Made by a program: the position numbers and the translations under genes
Notes under the pieces: generated by a model
The model's input: the letters and a program-made list of their open reading frames with translations, nothing else
What the model was told of the DNA's origin: nothing
Database searches by the model: none
Part shown: in pieces, positions 19,064-28,562 of the stretch
How the letters are laid out: the number at the start of each line of letters is the position of its first letter
How positions within the stretch are numbered: the first letter of the stretch is position 1
NCBI GenBank assembly: GCA_965228855.1
Contig: CBDDIJ010000002.1
Location: forward strand, 2,080,001-2,144,000
Reading direction: 5' to 3'
From: Candidatus Obscuribacterales bacterium
GTDB taxonomy: Bacteria > Cyanobacteriota > Vampirovibrionia > Obscuribacterales > Obscuribacteraceae
Length of the DNA stretch: 64,000 bases

Positions 19064-21361
19064 CTAGTAGGTCGCCTCTTTGATTCGTTTGATGGCTTCA
19101 TCGATTCGCTGAATGCGATATTTTTTTCCAGATTCCTCGCTGTAGCGTGGAACAGTCCTTGCTTTCATTGCTTCGAGGGCTGGTAGAGCCGGCTTCGCTT
19201 GCGAACCAAGTTGCCCAAGAATGCCCAGTGCCACAGATTCCAGGTCATCGTCAGCGGTAGCTTCAACCAGGTCGGCAAACATGAGATCTTTGAGTTCCTT
19301 GTGGTTACAGTAGGAGAGAATGGACCGCTTCAGCTCTCTGGGAGCATTTGCATACGCACCCTTAACGTATGGCGCAAACTTCGGACCAATTTTTCCGACC
19401 GTGACCAGCGGCACCATTTGAGTCCTCATCGTCACGTTTGGATCATGTTGGATAAGCCAACCACCAATTTCTAAAGTTCGTTGTCGATCTACGTTCGTGT
19501 ACTCCGTGACTCTAAACAATGTCGATATGGCTGCGCGCCGGACCATGAATGCCTCATCATTTAGAGCACTATATTCGAGTGCCTGCACGCGCTCAGGGGT
19601 GGCTCTCGTCTTAGCAAGTACAGTCGCAGCTTCGGACCTTACCTGTGACTCAAAATCTTCGAGCATGAGCCATACGAGAGTGTCGGTTACAGATGTCGGA
19701 AGGGTTGACTCTGAACCGTAGTAGATCGATTGAATAGCTCGCACACGAGTTTTGGGCTCGTCATCGAAAAATAGCGGACTCAGCGCTTCTAATCCCTTAC
19801 TGTTGAAACGCATGATCAAATCAGTAGTGGCAGGTTGAGCTTCCTGCTTGAATGACGCAACCAGGATTGGAAGAACCGAAGGACCGAAGGCCATAATCGC
19901 AGCTTTTGCCGATGAAGAGATTTTTCTGTCCTGGCTGGAGGCTTCCTCGATCAGTGTTGGCACAATTTTCAGACCCATTTTTCTTAGAGGTTCGACACTC
20001 GCCGAACTCCCGTCTTCGCTCTTCAATAATTCACGAACCTGAAGTCTCTCAGCTTCCGGAATGTCATTCTTGGCTAAGTCTACATCTATAGATGTAAACT
20101 GCTGAGACGGGGCTTTTATGATTGGTTTTGAAACTGTCGGTTTTGTATTTACTTCTAGACCGCTTCCACTTGTGACTCGCGCAGGAATTGTTGTGATACT
20201 ACCAATAGTGCTCTGAATTTTTCCGGTGTACAGCCCCATGAATATCAGAAACGCTATCAGACCTGTCAAAAGGAGAGTCGCGCGAATATTGTTTTGAAAC
20301 GGTTTCAAATTTTTTATGGCACTTTCAACTACATCGATAACCTCAGCCTTGCCGTCAGCGGTTGCTTTCGAGATCGCTTTTACATCAGGCAAATCCAGAC
20401 CGGCTGCTTTGGGCTTGCCACCTTTCTGTATTGCTGCGAGGTCCGTCATCAAGTCGTCTGCGGATTGGTATCGTTTATCCGGCCTCTTCTCGAGGCACTT
20501 CGCCACCACCGCCGCTAACTCCCTGCTGACACCAATCGTCGTTAATGCAGGAGCCTTCTCCTTGACGTGTTTGGTCATCAATTTAAACGGATTCGCTTCT
20601 GAAAACGGTGGTCTGCCGCTGAGCATCTCAAACATAACGCAGCCAAAAGAGTATATGTCAGAGCGGGCATCGAGCTCTTCGCCTTCACATTGCTCCGGGC
20701 TCATGTAAGTTGGGGTTCCAAACACATCACCGACTTGAGTTAGTCCTGTGACAGTCTCCGAAGCTGCTTTATTTACGACCTTTGCTATTCCGAAATCAAC
20801 AACCTTAGCTGTTTCCAGACCGTGCTCTCGCTTCATCAAAATAATGTTGCTGGGTTTCAAATCTCGGTGAATTATTCCCTTCGCATGTGCGTATTTGAGC
20901 GCGTCGCAAATTTCTAGAATCAGCGAAAGGGCTCGATTAGCATCGAGGCTGCCGATTGACTTTATCTCTTCTGACAGGTTCTGCCCCGGAATGTAGTCCA
21001 TCACCACATACGGTGCACCCTTATCGGTTTTTCCGTCGGAAATTACTGCGACTATATTCGGATGGTTCAAGTCCGCCAGCGCCAGTGATTCTTGTTGAAA
21101 GCGCTTCAACGCAGCTCTGTCTGTGGCAAGTTCAGGACGAATGACTTTGATTGCGAGCTTCTGATCAGAGCTTCGTTCCTCTGCCAGATAAACCGTTCCC
21201 ATCCCTCCCTGACCTACGATACCTGTGAGATTGTAATTCGGAGCCACCTCTGGAAAAGAGATTGCCTGCTTTTCCTGAACACCCGAATCATCCGCCACAA
21301 CGATATCGGGAGGAGCGTCTCGGAGAAGATTTTTTTTGTTGTCTGCTGATTCTTGGTGCAT
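19064..21361 (-). CDS. Hanks-type Ser/Thr protein kinase with one TM helix and a HEAT-like repeat C-terminal domain
   Basis: GQGGMG, LAIK, HRDLKPSN, DFG and GTPTYMSPEQ motifs. TM LLLTGLIAFLIFMGLY, then HEAT-like repeats (QVRSEAA, MVRRAAI). Confidence 0.93.
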   Translation of the reverse strand: MHQESADNKKNLLRDAPPDIVVADDSGVQEKQAISFPEVAPNYNLTGIVGQGGMGTVYLAEERSSDQKLAIKVIRPELATDRAALKRFQQESLALADLNHPNIVAVISDGKTDKGAPYVVMDYIPGQNLSEEIKSIGSLDANRALSLILEICDALKYAHAKGIIHRDLKPSNIILMKREHGLETAKVVDFGIAKVVNKAASETVTGLTQVGDVFGTPTYMSPEQCEGEELDARSDIYSFGCVMFEMLSGRPPFSEANPFKLMTKHVKEKAPALTTIGVSRELAAVVAKCLEKRPDKRYQSADDLMTDLAAIQKGGKPKAAGLDLPDVKAISKATADGKAEVIDVVESAIKNLKPFQNNIRATLLLTGLIAFLIFMGLYTGKIQSTIGSITTIPARVTSGSGLEVNTKPTVSKPIIKAPSQQFTSIDVDLAKNDIPEAERLQVRELLKSEDGSSASVEPLRKMGLKIVPTLIEEASSQDRKISSSAKAAIMAFGPSVLPILVASFKQEAQPATTDLIMRFNSKGLEALSPLFFDDEPKTRVRAIQSIYYGSESTLPTSVTDTLVWLMLEDFESQVRSEAATVLAKTRATPERVQALEYSALNDEAFMVRRAAISTLFRVTEYTNVDRQRTLEIGGWLIQHDPNVTMRTQMVPLVTVGKIGPKFAPYVKGAYANAPRELKRSILSYCNHKELKDLMFADLVEATADDDLESVALGILGQLGSQAKPALPALEAMKARTVPRYSEESGKKYRIQRIDEAIKRIKEATY

Positions 21362-21367
21362 GTTTGC

Positions 21368-23707
21368 TTATCGCTCAATGACCTCGATTGCCTTTTCGAG
21401 CTGCTTAGCTTCGTATTCGCGGTACTTGTCGAGAGACCGTTCTAAGCGCAACTGGTGCATTCTAGGTAGCGCTGCTTTGGCTTTCGGACCGAGGTTCCTG
21501 AGGCTGTATAACGCAGTGTTGAATGTTTTTTTGTCACCCAGAGCATCGATTAGTTCCGGAAGCAAAGCTTCACCAGACTCTCTGTCCCAACTCTGGGAGA
21601 TAACTGCAGACTTTGCCCCATCTGAGCCTATCCGATACGCACCTCGAAAATACGGAAGCAGCTCTTTTTTCAAATTTCGCGTCCACCTGATCGCGACTTG
21701 TGCTGTCTGATCATCCTGGTCGTGCTGCATTGTCCAACCCAATACATCCAAAGTTTCTTTGCTGGTATCGCCCTCAGCCTCCGCGATACTTATAAGTGAT
21801 GTTGCTGCAGAGCGGCGGACAACTGGCGACGGATCGTTTAGCATCGCATACTTCAGAGCTTGTTTTGCCCTGGGCGATTCGGAATATCGCACGGCCCGAG
21901 CTGCGTTTGACCTTGTCTCAGCATCAACGTCCTCGAGTAAGGTGTCTACGACTATGGCACTGACATTCTGCGGAAGCGGTTTTCCAGTATCCGCAATTCC
22001 ACTTAGCGCCCTGGTTCTAACTCCGGCATCGGAGTCCGTTAACAACGAGGAAAGTGCCCTTAAACCGGCACCTCCTGACTGTTCCATCGTGTCAGAGATG
22101 AATCTGCTGTCGCTCGTCTTAAACAATTCGACCAGCCGAGGTAAAGCCTCCTTCGGATATCTTGTCAGTACTGTTGACGCCGCTCTTGCTAGTCCGACGT
22201 CGTCGCCACTGACATACTCTAGGAGAGCTGGAATCGCACGCTTTCCCATTTGTAAAACTGGTTGGAGTGTACTTTGATTTGTCAGAGTCAAGTTATAGAG
22301 GGCCGCCTTCAGTTGAGCAGTCTCTTCGTCAGAGAGTGGCGGTCCGCTCAATGGTACCTCTGGCGGTGGCTCCACGTTGGTCAGCTTCACGGGCTCCGGC
22401 TTTGAAATCGACGGCTTCGTATTAACTTCAATGGACGGAACGGTTTCGTTCCAGAAAAGTCGTGCTACCGGATTCGGGGTCGTGCTCGACGAATTCGGAG
22501 CCGAAGTGAGAAATGATATCGATCCGAGTGCGACACATACGAGCACCATGAGCAGGGCGGACAGCTGCATTTTGGAAAGCTTATTTCTAAGATGTTGGGG
22601 ACGTTTTCCATCGCGAATTAAGACAAGATCTCGCATCAGCTGATCGACATCCTGATATCGATCTTCCGGCCTCTTCTCCAGACATTTTGCTACTACAAGA
22701 GCGAGATCGGGATTGATACCTTCTCGCGCAAGCAAGGCGGGACGCTCTTCAACATGCTTGGTCATTAGCTTGAAGGGATTTTTCTCCGTGAAAGGTGGTG
22801 CTCCGCTCAACGTTTCATACATTACGCATCCGAAGGAGTAGATGTCAGAGCGCGCATCAAGCTGGGTTCCTTCACACTGCTCCGGACTCATGTAAGCCGG
22901 TGTTCCGAAGAAGTCTCCGACCTGAGTTAGACCAGTTACAGTCTCACCAGTAACCTTTTTGAGAACTTTAGCGATGCCGAAATCGACTACACGAGCGGAT
23001 TCAATTGCATGTTCTCCACTAGTCAAAATAATATTGCCTGGTTTTAAATCTCTGTGAATTATGTGCTTGTCGTGAGCGTAATGCAGAGCGTCACAGATTT
23101 CGATAAACAGAGGCACTGCTCTCTTCTGACTCAATGCCCCTTCTCGTTGAATTGCGCTTGATAGACTTTGACCTGCTATGTAGTCCATCACCATATATGG
23201 TGCGCCGGCTTCGGTCTTACCGCTCGCAAACACGGCCACGATGTTTGGATGATTGAGATTAGACAGAGCAAGCGATTCTTGCTCAAAACGTTTCAGTGCC
23301 GCTTGATCAGTAGACAATTCCGGTTTAATTACCTTTACGGCAAGCGTTTTGCGCAACTCCACGTCGAGCACTTTGTAAACGCCGCCCATGCCACCGTGAC
23401 CAACCGTCCCCAGTAGCTGAAATTGCTTCGGGAGTATTGGGAGTGGCAGGTTTTGCTCGGCGACCTCGTTGTCGTTCTCGGTCGCGCGCTTTCCGTCGCT
23501 CTCGCTAGCAGTCTGCTCGTTTAGTGCGATCATTTTCTTGCCGGCGAGGTGGCGTTCCTGATCAGATAGAGACCCACCAGGTCTCGCCCATCGACTCTGC
23601 GAAGGGTCAGCGACGGCAGGCTCTTTCAGAACCAGCTCCACTTCTTGGTCTTTCAAATCTTCGTCGGCGGGCATCTCGGGTTCAGCCTGAGCTCGGGACA
23701 ACAACAA
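21368..23707 (-). CDS. Hanks-type Ser/Thr protein kinase with one TM helix and HEAT-like repeats (tandem paralog)
   Basis: GHGGMG, LAVK, HRDLKPGN, DFG and GTPAYMSPEQ motifs. TM LLMVLVCVALGSI, then HEAT repeats (DSDAGVRTRA, DPSPVVRRSAA). Start may be ATG 23674. Confidence 0.93.
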   Translation of the reverse strand: MLLSRAQAEPEMPADEDLKDQEVELVLKEPAVADPSQSRWARPGGSLSDQERHLAGKKMIALNEQTASESDGKRATENDNEVAEQNLPLPILPKQFQLLGTVGHGGMGGVYKVLDVELRKTLAVKVIKPELSTDQAALKRFEQESLALSNLNHPNIVAVFASGKTEAGAPYMVMDYIAGQSLSSAIQREGALSQKRAVPLFIEICDALHYAHDKHIIHRDLKPGNIILTSGEHAIESARVVDFGIAKVLKKVTGETVTGLTQVGDFFGTPAYMSPEQCEGTQLDARSDIYSFGCVMYETLSGAPPFTEKNPFKLMTKHVEERPALLAREGINPDLALVVAKCLEKRPEDRYQDVDQLMRDLVLIRDGKRPQHLRNKLSKMQLSALLMVLVCVALGSISFLTSAPNSSSTTPNPVARLFWNETVPSIEVNTKPSISKPEPVKLTNVEPPPEVPLSGPPLSDEETAQLKAALYNLTLTNQSTLQPVLQMGKRAIPALLEYVSGDDVGLARAASTVLTRYPKEALPRLVELFKTSDSRFISDTMEQSGGAGLRALSSLLTDSDAGVRTRALSGIADTGKPLPQNVSAIVVDTLLEDVDAETRSNAARAVRYSESPRAKQALKYAMLNDPSPVVRRSAATSLISIAEAEGDTSKETLDVLGWTMQHDQDDQTAQVAIRWTRNLKKELLPYFRGAYRIGSDGAKSAVISQSWDRESGEALLPELIDALGDKKTFNTALYSLRNLGPKAKAALPRMHQLRLERSLDKYREYEAKQLEKAIEVIER

Positions 23708-23750
23708 TTTGCCCCTAAATAGATAGAACTGAAACAGTTTCTCTAAAAAA

Positions 23751-24887
23751 TCACCCTGCTGAAACCGCTACGTTTGCTTCTATCAGAGCCTGGAAAACAT
23801 CTTGCGGCGGTATATTTACTCCCAATCTGTCCAGCATGCTGCGTGTGCCGCCGCGGGAATCCCAGATTGTTTTAAACCGCGCATCGTTTGGAACCAGAAG
23901 CGCGGGGTTGAAGGGACCGAAGAGCGCGACGAGCGGTTTTCTCAGTCCGATCGCGACGTGCATCGGCGCCGAGTCCACGCATAACATGATATCGCAGAGC
24001 TTCATAAGCGCTGCCAGGTCGGCGAGACTTTTCGTTTGACCGTAGGCTGACACCATATGTGGTAGCTGGTCGCCGGCCTTCTTCAAAATATCCTCGATGA
24101 TCTCTTTATCGTCTGGACCTCCGGCGAGGATTACGACATCTTTATCGCCCTCTGACTTATTTTCATTCTCGCGGCCGATGAGAAAAAGCAAATCGATCCA
24201 GGAATCGGTCGGCCATGTTTTAAAAATTCCCTTCTCCGTTGCAAGTTTACTAGTACCGGGATGCACGAGAATAAGCCGTGACTGAGCGGAGCGTTTCTCG
24301 CGGTTGAGACCACTTTGCGTGATGAATGTCTGCATGCGCTCCAGTGAATCCTGTTTTACAGAAACGCTTGGAATCAATGATTCAGTATGCTTTGCGTCCG
24401 ATACCACAGGTGGTGCCAGGCGTTGCTGTTTCAAAAATCCGAGAGCCAGGTCGTGATACATGGCTGCCGCGTACTGCTTCTTGTCTAAAGGTACCGGCTG
24501 GGTCAGCAGTATTGGCGCCAGTCTATTTGAGTGATATCCAATGCGCTCCGGAATCCCGGATAAAAACAAAAGCGCGGAAACCATCGGTGAACCGCCCGAT
24601 GAAACAACACAATCGTATCCGCCCTCTTTGATTAGTGCGAGTAAATCAACCAGGTCGCCCACGGATAACGGGCGTTTTTTGATATCGAAAGTGATGACAT
24701 TGTCGATGAGACTCGTGAGTTCGGCGACCGACCGGGAGCGCGGCTCTAAAAGCAGCGTTATTGAGGACTTCGGGGCATGATTGCGAATGGTTTGGAGCGT
24801 GGGAAGGAAAAGAATTTCATCGCCAATGCCACCAAAATTGATAGCGAGTATCTTCTTCCGTTCGGATTCTTTACCGTTTTTTATCAT
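23751..24887 (-). CDS. Glycosyltransferase family 9 protein
   Basis: GGIGDEILFLP, ILVHPG, CVDSAPMHVA and ALFGP motifs. Confidence 0.9.
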   Translation of the reverse strand: MIKNGKESERKKILAINFGGIGDEILFLPTLQTIRNHAPKSSITLLLEPRSRSVAELTSLIDNVITFDIKKRPLSVGDLVDLLALIKEGGYDCVVSSGGSPMVSALLFLSGIPERIGYHSNRLAPILLTQPVPLDKKQYAAAMYHDLALGFLKQQRLAPPVVSDAKHTESLIPSVSVKQDSLERMQTFITQSGLNREKRSAQSRLILVHPGTSKLATEKGIFKTWPTDSWIDLLFLIGRENENKSEGDKDVVILAGGPDDKEIIEDILKKAGDQLPHMVSAYGQTKSLADLAALMKLCDIMLCVDSAPMHVAIGLRKPLVALFGPFNPALLVPNDARFKTIWDSRGGTRSMLDRLGVNIPPQDVFQALIEANVAVSAG

Positions 24888-24967
24888 TGCTCCCCGTGCA
24901 AGACCAGCTCTGGAGGCTGGAGTTTTCTCAGTGTTATAGCCGGATAATCAGGTCAGTTTTGCATGTT

Positions 24968-26239
24968 GTGAAAACGAACAAAAAGTATAATAGCCGACAG
25001 CCTCTAAGGATTACAGCCTTGCAGCCGCGAAACTGGTATCTCACATTCTTAATCTGTGCCCTCATCGGAATTCTTGCTGGGTACATTTTCACGCTGTTCT
25101 ATCAACCGGCACTATTGCCGCCGATGTTGAGATTTGGTTCATTACAACAGCCGACGAATATTTTGTTGCTTGGAACAGATGTTGTTTACTCCGGCAAAGG
25201 TCGTCGGCTCAAGGCCGACCAGCAAGCATTTACGGGACGCTCCGACACCATTATGGTGGCGCGCCTCGATCCATATCGCAACTCATTTGCTGTTCTCTCC
25301 ATCCCGCGCGATACGTATGTGAGAATTCCGCACCACGGAATGAACAAGATAAACGCTGCAAATGCGCTTGGCGGACCGCAGCTCACGATGGAAACCGTTA
25401 CGAATCTGCTCAACATGCCGATCGATCATTATGTAGTTTTGAACGTTCGCGGACTGGTGGCACTGGTCGATGAGATTGGGGGAATCACCATTGATGTCCC
25501 GAAGAAGATGAAATACAGCGACGATACGGCGAAGTTGTATATCAATTTAGAACAAGGTGTTCGCAAATTGAACGGCGTCGAGGCGATGGGTTTCGTTCGA
25601 TTTCGTCACGATGGTCTGGGCGACATCGGTCGAGTTCAGCGCCAGGAGCTGTTTATCAGAGCTGTTTTAGATCGGGCTATGCAACCTGATTCCTGGACGC
25701 ATGTGCCTAAACTTCTCGAAATCGCTCAAGATTATATTGATTCAGATATGTCTTATACGGACTTAACCGGCGTTGCCGCTTTCGTGCGCGCTGTGCCTAA
25801 GGCTAATCAAACACTGGTGATGCTGCCCGGCGGCTTCTCGGGAACTGGCAACTGGGACGTGGATCGAGCCGATATAAGAAGAATGGTTTCGAAACTTACG
25901 GGGACGACCTTCCTCGAATCGAGTCGTGACTCATTGCGTATCACGATTCAGAACGCCAGTTCCGATCGAACTTTCGGCAGAAAGCTCGTGGCGTATTTGA
26001 AGAAGAAAGGTTATAAGCGACTCACAGTTAAACCGCTTGAAGGGAAGCTCAAAGAAGGTAAAGACATCTCCCGAATTATCGCTCAGCGAGGCAATCCCGA
26101 GGATGCGGAGCTGGTTCGCGACGATCTGGATGACTGCGGCGATCTGGTCAACGCATCTGTCGGTGACATCGAAAGTTCAGTCACCGTGGTCGCCGGCGAT
26201 GATCTCGTTGACCTCGTGAGCGGAAATAAGGATAAATAA
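24968..26239 (+). CDS. LCP (LytR-CpsA-Psr) family protein with LytR C-terminal domain
   Basis: N-terminal TM, NILLLGTD, GRSDTIM, SIPRDT, KINAA and RFRHDGLGDIGRVQRQ. Start uncertain (ORF track gives 24887). Confidence 0.92.
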   Translation: MKTNKKYNSRQPLRITALQPRNWYLTFLICALIGILAGYIFTLFYQPALLPPMLRFGSLQQPTNILLLGTDVVYSGKGRRLKADQQAFTGRSDTIMVARLDPYRNSFAVLSIPRDTYVRIPHHGMNKINAANALGGPQLTMETVTNLLNMPIDHYVVLNVRGLVALVDEIGGITIDVPKKMKYSDDTAKLYINLEQGVRKLNGVEAMGFVRFRHDGLGDIGRVQRQELFIRAVLDRAMQPDSWTHVPKLLEIAQDYIDSDMSYTDLTGVAAFVRAVPKANQTLVMLPGGFSGTGNWDVDRADIRRMVSKLTGTTFLESSRDSLRITIQNASSDRTFGRKLVAYLKKKGYKRLTVKPLEGKLKEGKDISRIIAQRGNPEDAELVRDDLDDCGDLVNASVGDIESSVTVVAGDDLVDLVSGNKDK

Positions 26240-26655
26240 GGCTCTCTTGTCAGCCTCTGGAAAGCCACATTCGATGCGAATTTTCGCATTCTGTGTCTTG
26301 TAATAACTTCACAATTGTCATGAGAAGTTTATTTCCGTATATGCGTTGGTATGTTGTTTGTGTCCCTATCCAAGAGATTTTTCAACGGGGTGGCGGCAAG
26401 GTTTGTGAGCGTGCTCTTCCAAGAAGCGCATGACAAGCCGACTTTTGCTCCATTGTTGAACTATTGCTAACAGGAATTGTTCAGACAATATTATGTTTCA
26501 CTTGGAAACAAGGCTATTCCCATACCATTACGGTTGTCGTACAGTATTGGAGTCGTCGGTGGTGACAAACCGATCTCGTTTGAGCTCTCACAGTTCGAGT
26601 CGGGTCACAAGGGCACTAGTTGGCGCAGGAAAGTAAAGAAAGGCAGGCAGGCATC

Positions 26656-26883
26656 ATGATTCATTATGTATATTCAACCCGCGGTGGATACCTCTACATG
26701 GTTGGTCGTTACAACCAAGCTCCTAAACTCCAAAACCAAGACGAATTCGTTTTGACCGTTCCAGATAAGACTTCGCAAACCCAAATCGATTCGCTCGCGC
26801 ATCGTCAATTTATGGATCACCTTCGCAAACCGCGCAAAGTAGTCCATGCGCGTCACGCGAAAAAAGAGCTCGCAACCGTATAG
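26656..26883 (+). CDS. Small hypothetical protein
   Basis: ORF with purine-rich upstream sequence, followed by a terminator hairpin. No family recognised. Confidence 0.55.
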   Translation: MIHYVYSTRGGYLYMVGRYNQAPKLQNQDEFVLTVPDKTSQTQIDSLAHRQFMDHLRKPRKVVHARHAKKELATV

Positions 26884-26929
26884 TCGAGTCGCCGATTCGC
26901 CTTTCATCGGCGAGATATTAAGATCTGTT

Positions 26930-26963
26930 AAGCCGTCGTCCAGAAAATTGGTCGGCGGCTTTT
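26930..26963 (+). terminator. Rho-independent terminator
   Basis: Stem AAGCCGTCG-T-CCA / TGG-T-CGGCGGCTT followed by T residues. Confidence 0.65.
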
Positions 26964-27101
26964 AGTTTCCATTGATTCTTTGGGTGATTTGATACTTAAA
27001 AACGCCAGCCGAATTTGTTGCCAATTAAGCACACGTTACCGCGTTCACTTATATGGGCAGTTTATCTATACTGCGGTGTACTTAGTAACATGGGCAAAAT
27101 T

Positions 27102-27126
27102 GAGGCGTTATCAGCCATCTAGGTAA
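27102..27126 (+). promoter_or_regulatory. Candidate SigF-type promoter (GAGGC-N15-GGTAA) upstream of the pilin
   Basis: GAGGC at 27102 and GGTAA at 27122 start 20 nt apart, like the TAGGC(-32)/GGTAA(-12) elements of the Synechocystis pilA1 promoter. Confidence 0.35.
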
Positions 27127-27211
27127 TCGTAATCTGGCGGCGGCTTCGATTATGATTGGTAACAGAGGCGTTAGAGTCCCGAGCGTTTTTATTTGTTGAG
27201 GAAAAAGCCAT

Positions 27212-27736
27212 ATGCGACGTAGAAGAATTCGTTCTCAAGCGGGTTTCACGCTTATTGAACTCCTGGTTGTAGTCATTATCATTGGTATTCTCGCCGCGAT
27301 TGCGCTCCCGAACTTCATCGGCGCGCAGGACAAAGCGCGCGAAGCTTCCGTGAAAGCGAACATGCGTACTTGTCAGATTGCTGCAGAGTCGTATGCTACT
27401 GACCACGCTGGAAACTATCCAACTATTGACCAAATCAAGCCGTATTATCCGGGAGGCGAAAGTACAGATAATGGAAAGGCTGGCAATCCGTCAGTTAACC
27501 CGTTTAACAGTGCTGCCGAATGGCCTGTTCCGGGAGCGGTATCTGACGTTCAAGCGACCAGGAACGTAGCACCAGATACTCTTGGTGATCCAGGATCAAT
27601 CGAATACAGCACGATTGCAAGTACGACTGGGGGCTCTGGAGCTCCAACCTCCTACGCTATTCGCGGCGCAGGCAAAAGTAAGAAGGCATTGGCAGGTTTG
27701 TCGAATGGGACCACTCTGGTGCTTTCAAACCAGTAA
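27212..27736 (+). CDS. Type IV pilin-like protein (prepilin)
   Basis: Basic leader MRRRRIRSQAG, then the cleavage/methylation motif G|FTLIELLVVVIIIGILAAIALPNF. GAGG RBS. Confidence 0.93.
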   Translation: MRRRRIRSQAGFTLIELLVVVIIIGILAAIALPNFIGAQDKAREASVKANMRTCQIAAESYATDHAGNYPTIDQIKPYYPGGESTDNGKAGNPSVNPFNSAAEWPVPGAVSDVQATRNVAPDTLGDPGSIEYSTIASTTGGSGAPTSYAIRGAGKSKKALAGLSNGTTLVLSNQ

Positions 27737-27752
27737 TTTCGCGGAATTTAGG

Positions 27753-27774
27753 AGAGGCATTGTAGGATGCCTCT
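27753..27774 (+). terminator. Stem-loop immediately after the pilin gene
   Basis: Perfect 8-bp stem AGAGGCAT / ATGCCTCT. Confidence 0.5.
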
Positions 27775-27780
27775 TAGCCA

Positions 27781-28518
27781 TTGGGATTGATGAAAGGCAC
27801 TTTGATCGTAACGCTAATGGCGCTTGCAGCGGCCAGCTTTTGCCACCGAAAGCTTACCGACCACGTTCCTCTCGAAATAGGATCACGCACGGAACAGCTC
27901 ATACCAAGTGCGTCCGCACTAAAGTTGATTTCGGGTGGCTTCGAGCAAGTTCTTTGCGATTTCTATTGGTTAAAATTTGTTGGTTATATCGGCGATACAA
28001 CAAACTTGAATGTCCAAAGTGATTTGCCCTGTAACTACCTAGAGCTGATAACCAGTCTCGATCCTCACTTTACGCAAGCATATTGGTTTGCTTTGTTCAC
28101 ATTAAGTGCTGACCAAGGAAATCCTAGTCGGGCTTCGGACATTTTAGACTTTGGGACCAAGAACAATCCTGACAATTGGATTTTTCCTTTTCTCGCTGGA
28201 ATCAATCAACATCTCTATAACAACGATGAGCTGAGCGCAGCTAAGTTTTTCAGAATAGCTTCCTCGTATCCTGGAGCGCCAGAGTGGCTAGGTCCACATG
28301 CTGATATTCTGGAAGCAAGACTTCCTCGTCTACTCAAGGAAGCATACAGTTGGTTGAACATCTACAGCACGGCATCGGATGAGCGGTTGAAGGTTCGGGC
28401 CAAGGAGAAATCAATTTTGCTCTGGTGGCGGGTACTAAAGAATTCTTCGGCAGACGTTTACCGTAATCGAGCGAGGCAAGTCTTGAAGGACCTTGGTGTT
28501 GATGCAAACGTACTTTAG
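27781..28518 (+). CDS. Pilin-associated membrane-anchored helical/TPR-like protein
   Basis: N-terminal TM, DFYWL, ITSLDPHFTQAY and NNPDNW. Resembles helical proteins found next to pilA in other bacteria (family similarity from memory). Confidence 0.6.
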   Translation: MGLMKGTLIVTLMALAAASFCHRKLTDHVPLEIGSRTEQLIPSASALKLISGGFEQVLCDFYWLKFVGYIGDTTNLNVQSDLPCNYLELITSLDPHFTQAYWFALFTLSADQGNPSRASDILDFGTKNNPDNWIFPFLAGINQHLYNNDELSAAKFFRIASSYPGAPEWLGPHADILEARLPRLLKEAYSWLNIYSTASDERLKVRAKEKSILLWWRVLKNSSADVYRNRARQVLKDLGVDANVL

Positions 28519-28562
28519 AGCTGGATTAACACGTTTAGCCATTGCGGTATCACACACCGTGC

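Noticed and set aside
26588..26606. GTTCGAGTC resembling a tRNA T-loop
   Set aside because: The flanks do not form a T-stem and no cloverleaf can be built.
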